Below are positions 53,807-64,000 of a stretch of DNA of 64,000 nucleotides, in pieces (the first letter of the stretch is position 1; each line of letters starts with the position of its first letter). The translations under genes were made by a program, and so were the position numbers. This DNA comes from Adineta vaga (lineage: Eukaryota; Animalia; Rotifera), in the NCBI GenBank assembly GCA_021613535.1, contig CP075496.1, forward strand, positions 7,006,001-7,070,000, written 5' to 3'. The notes under the pieces were generated by a model, which saw only the letters and a program-made list of their open reading frames with translations, was not told the origin of the DNA and did no database searches.

Positions 53807-55147
53807 TTAACAGAATAAGTTGAACGTTTTCTTTTTTCATCATATCAGTTATATAAACAAACCTTCATATTTAATAAATTACTTATTTCTTCCGTTATCA
53901 TCTTTAATCGATTCGAAAAAAAAGAAAGATTTCAATGTATTGTTTTTCATTTAAGAATCATTCTCTATTCCTTTAAATTTTATTCAATGAAAAACTTTCG
54001 AGGTTCGAGTTTATTAATAGATTGACTTTATTTACTATATTACGTGAGAAATTTTCATGCATGCTTATCATCATTGGATTGATGAACTGTGAAATTTAAT
54101 GAGGAAAAGAAACCTTTTGAAACATGTAAGAACTTGTTATAGTAAAGAAAATTACTGAAAGAAACATATCGATTACTTACGATATGGAAGAACGAGTGGA
54201 GTAAGTCTCAGTCTAATATAACGAAACGTTATCTCGTTGTAATTCCATTTTGACTGGTTTTTGTTTTCATCAATGATTTTTATTAAATCATGACAATTCG
54301 TAAAGATATTATCAACGTTCGTGAAATGCCATCGTACAAAAAACAGAACCTCATTTACTTTCCTTCTATATATTTTCCGTTTCGTCTGTAAGTCATCAAA
54401 TTCTCCAAAAACAAATTCATAGAGAAAAAAACTAATTTGTTTATTTTGAAAGATAAGCATGACAATGTTCGATTTATTTCGCATCATTCTCTTTTAAAGA
54501 TGTATACTTCAAGATCTATTTACCTGTGCACAATGAACAATTTCAGTGTTTATAATAGAAAAATATTTCTAAGAAAATAATTCAACGTTTGCTTTATCAT
54601 GCAGAAAAGGTTGAATTTATAGAAAATAAATGGTTTGTCGGAAATGTTGACTAACGGAATGATACAATAGATGAATGAAAAATGCTTTTCCTATTGAGCT
54701 CGGAGAAATATTTTATAATGAAAAGAATGGTAAAGTTCAGTGTGGTGCGAAATGAGTTGATGTGATTGAAAAATGAATCAAGTCATCATAATGGTATGAA
54801 TATAACTAATGATCAAAACAAAAATATATCTTTTGGCAATGATGTAAAAATGATCTTCGAAGTATGATTTTATCAAGAAGAAAATAATGTCAAGATGTGT
54901 GATGTTCAATAACGAATTCTATCGATATTCTCATTCCTATTTTAATCTATGTTTTATTATTTGATGATACAAAATATCTTTGAAAGAAAAGATAATTTAA
55001 CGTATTATGCACCGTCGCCATCTTTTTCGTCGTTCCTGCTGATTCTTTATTTTCATTTGTTCGATCTAACACTGAGTCATACTTACTTATTGCGCCTTGT
55101 ATCTATCTATTAGTATATAGTATTAGCCAGATAGTATTATTCAAACT

Positions 55148-55694
55148 ATGGGTTGCTTTCAATCGACAGAAAGTGTAGATTTTGATACAATCGAACCAGT
55201 AGCATTACGGACACGTGGAGGTACAGCGACCTACAGTGGAAGTACTGAACGTGGTCGATGTCAAGTGCGTTTGGTTTGAATTCAATTATATTTGTATAGT
55301 TCTTTATTCAATTTAGACGCTTGGTAATGCAGAAATGGCATTAACAGAAGATTGTTTCTATTCACAAGTCATAGCAAGAGGATGTTGTGGAGATCAAGGA
55401 CTGATACGTATACCAATCTTATCCGTTCGAGATATTCGACAACAAGCATGTAAATACATACACGATTTATTTGTATTAATCATACTTAAACTTTACTGTT
55501 GACATTTTTTTCTAGATTTCAATGGTCGTTATCGTACTGATTATCCTCATATGGTGATAACTTATATTGTAACTGATACGAAAGGTGCTCATGAATATCA
55601 AGCTGCTTGGCAAATGAATGATGCTGCTTATAATCAATGGAAAACAGCTATCGAACAATTAAGAGATAAACATCCAGCATATGAACGTGCATGA
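55148..55694 (+). CDS. Small N-acylated PH/GRAM-like domain protein (142 aa, 3 exons; absent from ORF track)
   Basis: Exons 55148-55264, 55317-55449, 55516-55694 join in frame: MGCFQSTESV...TLGNAEMALTEDCFYS...IRIPILSVRDI...AAWQMNDAAYNQWKTAIEQLR. Confidence 0.8.
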
Positions 55695-56467
55695 TTTTCT
55701 CATCAATTCCGTAGTCTTATAATTTCTTCTAATCAATGAACAAGATTTTCGATTTATTTGAATATTTTATTCTATTTTAATTGTTAACAATTGATAAAAA
55801 ATGTGACAAAAAAGATTTTATTTCTTCTTGTTGATTCGCTGTATCAGACAGTTTTCAGGAAAAGAAAGTCATATCATATTTTGTTTATATAGAAAAGAAT
55901 ATCTAGTCAAACATAAATAATTTCATTTGTCGTTGAATGTTATTCTCCTAAGATAAGATACTTCAATAAATGAAATAATTTCTAATATAAAATGAGATAG
56001 TTCCACTAATATGATGCTCAGCTCATTTTCCGATCAACACAAAACAGAAAATGTTTTGAATTTATTGGTTAATTTTCAACTTATGTATGTGTATGTAGAT
56101 GTCTATAATAGATCTTATTGCAGAATTTTTTTTCCAGAATAATCAATTAACGAATTCCAAAGAATTTTTCTTCAAAAATTCTTAAAAATTTTCTTTAGGA
56201 TAGAAAATTGACTAATCTGTCATTTTGTTTATTTTTCTTCTTCTTCTTCTTGTGTCTGTTGTTGATGTTTTTCTCTTCTTTCTTTCTTTCTTTATCTTAT
56301 AACAGATCGGTTGTGAAGTAGAAATGGTTAAAGACAATCAATCAAAAAGTTTAGAGAAAAAAAAACCCCACTAATCTCATCGATGAAAAAAAGGAGGGCA
56401 GTATTTGACGTCCGAATTCAAAGAAATCATATTTTTTATTTCATTCAATTCATTTTTCTTTTTTCAG

Positions 56468-59196
56468 ATGTCATCAAAAGATGAATCTGTTTTATATCGT
56501 TTAAAAAATCTAATTGATCATAGTGTTATATCAATCTACAAAAATCCATTCAAGATTGGTCGTGCAACAAGTAAATCAATTGAAATCTTCTTTTTCCCTC
56601 AAGTTGAATGATAAATTTCCAAAGAATAATCTAAAAGTTGGAAGTTCTTGATTATCTGGTTGCTAAGCGATTGAACTGAAATACGTAGATGAACGTAAAA
56701 AATTGATAGTTATGCTTGGATAAAGATTAATTTTAAATTCTTCTTTCTATTTATTTTTCTTTAGCAAATGATTTAACTATTGAAAATAATCGTTATATAT
56801 CATCATCTCATTGTCTATTTGAATTCGAGAATGGACATATTTATATACGTGATACAAGTTCAAATGGAACATTAATTAATCGAACAAAAAAAATTAATAA
56901 AAATGATTCTGTAAGATGAAGATATTCGCGAATACTTATTGACTTATTCGTCTATATTTAGCCTTTTGAATTACATTCTGGTGATATTATTCATCTTGTT
57001 TTTCGAAAAGATGAACCGACAGCAAGTAAGTTCTTTTCGAATTTTGATTCGTTTTACTATTAAATATTCTAATCAGATGTGATTCTTCAATTGGATTTAC
57101 CATTAACAAAAAAAACAATAAGTCAATCTGATAATAGATTAAAACGAAAACATTCAGGTAAGAATTCTTCTATTATCATTATGAAATCTTATTGAATCGC
57201 ATCGTTATAGATACACCTTCCAGCTCATTTATAACACCAAATCGTTAGTAAATTGTATTTTTACGAAAGTTTATTGACATTTATTTGTCTTCAATAGATA
57301 CAAAAGAAAATGCTGATCTATCCAGTCTGATGAAAATGAGTGCAGATGTTGAAATGAAACGAATGAAAATAAATGAAGAATTAAGTGTGAAAGCTGGTGA
57401 CGATATGGAAGATGTACTTACGTGTGTTTGCTGTCAGGAAATTATGACGAATCCGATCTGTCTTGAACCTTGTTTACATGCTTTCTGTAGTGATTGTTAT
57501 ACTTCATGGGAAGCAGTGCAACGTACTTGGTAAATAATTTCTTCGTAGGATTGTTTTGAGATAAGATTATGTTTCTCTCGAACGCTGATTCAAATGAAGA
57601 GATTTTTACTTAAGAATTCAATAGTAGAACGTCTGAATCAGCGATTTCTCAACTCGAAATTGTGGTGAATTATCTTTTGCTCTTTTTAAAAACAAACGGT
57701 ATTAGAAATAGACGATTCTTAATGAAACAAATATCTATCCATATCTTGATGCTAAATTCTTGAAAATTCATCATTTTATCTTCTATACTAATTTCTTTCA
57801 GTCCTCAATGTCGTGCAAAAGTGATAGGCAAGAAGAAGAATGTAGTGATCAATGGTATTTTAGAAGCATATTTTAAAGCATATCCACATAAACGACCTGC
57901 ATTACAAGCTATTGATAATAAGAAAACTAAACCGAAAATAACGACGAATATTATTAATACAGTTTGTATAATAGGAAAATATTTGTGCAAAATATTTAGA
58001 TATTCTGTTATCTAGGTTGGTGCAAACGGAATGTATATTCATAACAATATTCATACACAAGATGACGATGAAGATGATGATGATGATAATAATGACGAGG
58101 ACGATGAGGAGAACGAAGATGACGACGATGATGAAGATAATGATGATGAATGATGATAATGATAATGAAGAACATTTGTAAGTTATACTTTTTGGAAAAT
58201 TCTTATGATTCTATTTGAATAACAGTGTTCTACTCATGGATGCTTCTGTACCTGATGAACGATTTGTGTGTCGTCAATGTCCACCAACTGGTTTTGGTAA
58301 ACTTGTGTATTTTGAATAGTTCTATCTGAAAAATATTTGTGATTTAGCTAGAAGATCAGATGCAAGTATTATTCCTACTGGATATCAATGTCGTCCTGGT
58401 CAAAAACATATCATTTGTCAATGTTGTGTTCAACCAATGCCTGATCGATTAGCTGAACTTAATATACATCAAAGTTGTAAGTAATTATTCTATTTGTCAC
58501 AATTTCATATTACTAAATTTATTAGGTGAAATATGTCATCAACATTTTTGCAATATTTATTTTCAACAATGTCAACGTCAGGGTTGTCTTGGTTGTTTGA
58601 ATCATTTACGAAGTATAAAATATTTTCTTATTGAAAACTAGCTCGAACGATATGTCATTATAATAGACTTTAATTTCGGTGCTCGACATCTAACTAATCT
58701 AGTCAATGATAGTCCAACGGAAACACAAATTGTTCAAGTAAGAAATAAAATATAGAAAATTTTACGAAATAAAATTGATTAACTTCTGAATTTCATTTTT
58801 TTTTCAAAGAATTATCTTACAACTCATCGTGTAAGTATGCGTGAATTACTTCTCGAATGTTGTCAACGTCTTGATCGAAAAGAATTCTTTTGTACAGATA
58901 TCGATCGTAATTTAGTTGGTATGTCATCAATTTTCTTCACTCAAAATTCTTTCATCTTTCTCTTTCATTTCGTAGCTCCATCAACAAAAGTTGTTTGTTA
59001 CAAATGTGGTTTACGTATATTCAAAGAACTTGCTTATCAATTTCGTATTGCAATGAAACCGAAAGATATTACACCAGTTGCCATGCGTAATCGTGAAAAT
59101 TGTTATTATGGTAAACATTGTCGTACACAATATACGAAACCAGCTCATGCTCAAAAATACAATCATGCTTGCAATCAAACTAAATTTAATTCTTAA
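56468..59196 (+). CDS. CHFR: E3 ubiquitin ligase CHFR (FHA-RING-Cys-rich-PBZ); apparent frameshift/stop at 58151
   Basis: FHA (IGR, ISSSHC, DTSSNGT), RING CVCCQE..PCLHAFCSDC..CPQCR, CQCCVQPMPDR, CYKCGLRIFKELAYQFR, PBZ NCYYGKHCRTQ..HA.KYNH.C. Confidence 0.93.
58061..58172 (+). repeat. Coding (GAT/GAC/GAA/AAT)n acidic trinucleotide tract in CHFR
   Basis: Poly-D/E/N tract visible directly; it contains the frame break. Confidence 0.85.
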
Positions 59197-59363
59197 TAGT
59201 ACTCGTATTTGTTTTCTATGTTATTTTTTCGTGTTTATATTATGTGTCTGAGCAAAAAAAAGAAGCGAAATAGTAATTGTTATGTTTTATTTGTAATAGA
59301 TAATGAAAATAGAAATGATTATATGATTGAAAGATGTACTGATTTGTTTTATTTATGTTGTAG

Positions 59364-62300
59364 ATGTCGAATGTATCTTCAAATCTTGAAGTACCGATAT
59401 TCTATCCAACGTATGATGAATTCAAGAATTTTTCGTCTTATATAACAAAAATTGAATCATATGGTGCACATAAAATTGGTTTAGCAAAAATTGTACCACC
59501 AAAAGAATGGGTAGCAAGAAAAGTAGGCTATAAACATAAGCAAATCGATGAAACAATGGTACAAAATCCAATTAAACAAGAAGTTCATGGAAAAAATGGT
59601 TTCTATTCAGTATATAATATTCAACAACGATCCGTGAAATTGAGTCAATTTCAAAAATTAGCCTCGACTACACGTTATGCAACACCAGTAGCTATTGCAA
59701 ATAATGTTCTAAAACTAGAAAAAAAGTATTGGGAAAATCTAACGTCCATTGCACCAATTTATGGAGCAGGTAAGAAGAAAATTGTTCGTTATTCTTCATC
59801 ATATTAATACGACTCTATAAATCATGCTATTCGCACAAGTTTTAGAGCTAGATTCGATAGAAAGTACGGTTCCAACTCTTTGTCACAGAAACATGCACGA
59901 TGCCACTATTGTTTGTAGAACGAGAAACTTTACTTCATTGCAATTGATATATTTAGATGTCAGTGGTTCATTCTATGATAAGAATCAGAAAGTATGGAAT
60001 GTAAATAATTTGGGTACGATTCTCAACGATTTGGAAACTGAATATGGTACAAAAATTGAAGGTGTCAATACAGCTTATCTTTATTTTGGTATGTGGAAAG
60101 CAACATTTGCATGGCATACAGAAGATATGGATTTATATTCAATAAATTATCTTCATTTTGGTGCACCAAAACAATGGTAAATCTACAATCACTTTTTTTC
60201 CTTTCTTCACAATACAACAATACTATTTAGAATAATTTACTAAAGAAAATTCGATCTGGTGAGATTTGAAAGCGCAGTTCATTTGAGTGGTGATTTGTTT
60301 GCAAACATTATCCATCTTTTATTTCTTTCGATTTGATTTAAATATTCACATATTGATATGTAGGAGAACAATGAATTACATGATTTTCATTCATTCTTTT
60401 TCAGGTATGTTATTCCACCATCTTGTGGTAAACAATTTGAAAATTTTGCTGCATCACATTTTCCATCATTAGCAAAACGTTGTCCAGCATTTCTTCGTCA
60501 TAAAATGACGCTTATTTCTCCATCGATACTAACAAAACAATCAATTCCATATAGTAAAATGACTCAATATGAGAATGAATTCATCATTACATTTCCTTAT
60601 GCATATCATGCAGGATTTAATTATGGCTTTAATTGTGCTGAATCGACTAATTTTGCTTTAGAACGTTGGATTGAATATGGAAAACATTCAGTTCAATGTG
60701 TTTGTCGTCATGATATGGTTAAGATTGGAATGGATCGTTTTGTATTAAAATATCAACCCGAACTCTATAATGATTGGTGTCATGGAATAAATTCAACATC
60801 ACACCCGGAAAATGAACCTATGTCAATAAACAACACTATAATTGTTCGAAGTTCACCAACAAAAAAACGATTGTTCAAAAATCATTGTTCAAGAAAAGGT
60901 AAGACAAAACTATCTCCTCGTATCTTAGAATGTATATCGACAGAATTCAACGATTCACCTTTTCGAAAAGTTCGATTTTTTTATCCAGTAGAAATAAAAT
61001 GAATTGTTTCATTTCTAAGCTTCAACTGATTTGTTCTCGTCTACTAAACACCTGCAATATTCTCATCATCAACGCATATCTAATAAACGGTATGCATGTA
61101 TATTTCGTAATCTAGCTAAATTCGATAAGCGAAAACAATTATCCGTATCTCAATATCCTACTCCATTGATTCGTGCTGCACTATGCCGAGCTCAATTTAA
61201 ATTAAATAAAAATCGAGACAAAAATGCGACGAAACTATTATGTTTGACAGCAACTACTGTATTTAATTTACCTTCTTTATCATTTCCAACAGTTTTTAAT
61301 GGTTTAAAACAAGCGAATAAATATCGTGAAAATATTCTTAATGGTCTCTGGAATTATCAAATCTTAAATAAAAAATCTGAACAATTATTCAATCAATGGA
61401 TTAAACATCGAATATCAATCTGTGCTATATGTTACCTTTTTACAGCGAATCAAGATGAAAATCAATCTTCAATATCAATTCCATATTTATTTCCATTTGG
61501 TGAAGTCAATCAGATGTCGAATAAATTACTTGAATGCCATGATTGTCATGTTATTGTACATCAACACTGTTATATTTATTTATGCTTAGCATTGAATGCC
61601 ACTATTTCCGATGAAGATGAACCATGGTATTGTCAACGATGTCATTTGAAAAGAGAGGTAATGATTAACATGTTGTTTGATATGTGGAGATGTATAATTT
61701 AATGCTTCTTTTGTAAGTTTTCTCAAACATTCGATGATCGTTGTTCAGCTTGTTTATTTCGTGGTGGTCTTCTTCTTACTTCTAATTCATCATCATCATC
61801 ATCATTCACTTTTATCCATGCTGTTTGTTCCATGTTTCAAGCGTATGAACAATCTTCCTTTTTATTATCATCTCAACGAAATATTTGTCATTATTGTTGG
61901 TCATTTTGTCCTTTAAATTATCGTCGAAATTCATCTCACACTTTTGTTTCATGTAATTCTTCTCAATGCTCTTATCGATTTCATGTAACCTGTGGTCTTA
62001 TCAATGGATGTACATTTCAAATGAATGATGATTATTCAATAATAAATGCTGGTTGTCATCTACATCCAATATCTCATCAATCTTCAATGATTACCAACAA
62101 TCAACAATCATCGCAAGATAATAATGCTTATGAAATAACAGAATATCTTGACAATACAATCGTTGATGATCAACAATATGACAATGATGAAGATGAAGAA
62201 GAAATTGTTCCTGAAAAGGATCGTGTACCTATTGGTACACGTGTAGTCCTACGGAATGATAATACAGAACGAAAAATAGGTCGAGTTATGAGTAATGAAA

Positions 62301-62796
62301 TTAATTTTCATTATGCTGTTGATTTTGGTGATGGATGTTATAGTCATGATATGTATGTCTTAAGTTCAACTTTTGTTTACATGTATTAAGATTTTTTATT
62401 CTTTCTTTTAGGCTTGCCGAAGATATTCTTGATTTTGATCCAACTATTGAACCATTAACACTTGTTATTGGAGCAACTATTCGTATTAAATGGACGGATG
62501 ATACAATTTATTCATGTAAATATGTTGGTCGTAAACGTGTTCTTTTGTATCATATAAAATTCGATCATGAAACACGACAAATGCATCGAAGTGAATTTTC
62601 ATTTGATATTCAACCACCGCCATCACCACCATTAACACCATGTGAAATTGATCGTGAACATAATTATAGTCGACGACAACCATTATCTACAGGAACAAAA
62701 CGAAAACAACAAAAACAAATCAAACGTAAACGACGTCGTTTGCTTTTGTCTTCATCGTCGTCTACTTCCTCATCATTATTGTTAGATGAATCTTAA
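59364..62796 (+). CDS. KDM4: Lysine-specific demethylase 4 (JMJD2) with JmjN, JmjC, 2 PHD and tandem Tudor domains
   Basis: [79 protein letters not shown] Cys/His motifs, [13 protein letters not shown] Tudor. Confidence 0.96.
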
Positions 62797-64000
62797 ATTA
62801 GTAAATTTAGATTGTTTTTCTATTGTATATGATGTTTGATACTCGTTTTGATGTCTTATGAAATGCATATTTGTCACCATAGAAATTCTCGTATTATGTT
62901 TCTTTTTTTTACATTTATTTGTCGGATACCGGTGGTATGTATGTATGTTATTATCTTTGTTTGATATTCTAGTTCTTGTGTACTTGTATTTGTTTATTTT
63001 CATGTTTTGTCAGATTATTTCTTCTATTGAAACAAATGAAGAAAGAATTATTTTATAAAATGCTTTTCGCTGTAGAGAAAATAGATAATAGACACTTGAT
63101 AGTTGTTCAGAATAGCATATGATGTTTGTTACGTATGATGTGAAGTCCAGCTGTGTAACAATGATTTATTTATACACACTATGATCGATCGGAAATGACT
63201 AACAAGGAAACTAATGAGTACTTTTTTGAACTTTCTTATGTCTATTTATTATATCACAAGAATCGTAAAAATAAAGATAAGATTGATTTTGATAGAAAAT
63301 GAATGAATAAAATTGAATTAGAAAGTTCATGCATAGAATTCATACATATAAGTTAAATCATTTGAATTCTCGATGGAATGCTTAATTTTAAGTTAATGTT
63401 TTTTTTCCTCTTAATGCTTCATTTAATCATTGCACCAAGAATAATCTTGATATTAAAATAGAATTGTTATTTAATTCTCATTACGTATCTTGTTCAATTT
63501 CATATTTCATCATGATGAAAAGTCTATCATGAAATGGAAGAAGGAAAAAAGATAATTATGAAAGGAAATACATAGTTGGTCATTTGACGTCTAGACGTAG
63601 ACATTGATCTTCCTCCTTCTTCTTCTTCTTCTTCTTTTTAAACATGATCAGATGAGAAAAGTATATTTTACCTTTAAGTAATAGAACTGAAATTCTGTTC
63701 TCCCAAAAAAAGAAAGACAGTGGGACTTAGATATCTAGGATACTTCTTCGGTTAAATGTCATCAATTGTCTATTCTAGAAAATTGAATTGATTCTCTTGA
63801 CAATGAAAGACAAACAGTATATTATGACAAAGGAAGCATTAGGGCATCAGCTCGCCGCCATTGTTCTCTCAGTGAACAAATGGTTCATTGATGTGATGCG
63901 ATGTCTTTTGCTCATCGCGTGTATGTGTGCGGATAAGAGGCGGGCAGCTGACTGGTTTATTTCACTGTCGACATGTGTCAGCCTCTATGTATGATTAGGA

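Noticed and set aside
55007-55042. uORF MHRRHLFRRSC upstream of the PH-like gene
   Set aside because: Too short to distinguish from chance without transcript data.
57583-57643. Inverted repeat CGCTGATTCA/TGAATCAGCG in a CHFR intron
   Set aside because: Only a 10-14 bp stem, no box C/D or H/ACA motifs or TSD; insufficient to call an ncRNA or MITE.
59803-59865. CRISPR array or cas locus
   Set aside because: Single short scaffold-like match only, with no repeated repeat-spacer units and no cas ORF.
60899-61030. Apparent frameshift between KDM4 ORFs 60505-61002 and 61031-61702
   Set aside because: Resolved by a phase-1 intron 60899-61019 (G|gtaaga ... ctaag|CT).

Overview
AT-rich, gene-dense animal genomic DNA with many 45-70 nt GT-AG introns. 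Intron size, codon usage and gene families suggest a bdelloid rotifer, but this is inference. About 22 spliced or single-exon protein genes can be reconstructed by eye: M13 peptidase (5' part), an allatostatin-C-type neuropeptide precursor, ceramide synthase, MORN3, a divergent CDK, a 4-TM protein, a DDR-type pseudokinase receptor, ECH1, an orphan coiled-coil gene, TSR3, MRPL11, two tandem CCA-adding enzyme (TRNT1) paralogs, an intronless class A GPCR, an F-box/LRR protein, PNPLA8, an ankyrin protein, a GABA-B-like receptor, ANKUB1, a ZAD + Mutator-type Zn-finger protein, two small orphan genes, CHFR and KDM4. No tRNA, rRNA or CRISPR array was seen. The most interesting system is a tightly packed same-strand TSR3-MRPL11-TRNT1a-TRNT1b cluster, possibly a trans-spliced operon. 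Its second nucleotidyltransferase is intact but has a rewired active site: EDxxR template to ENPIR, third carboxylate E to Q, RID to KRC and RRD to QRD. The canonical copy carries a frameshift in this sequence. Exon boundaries were derived manually and no database search was possible.
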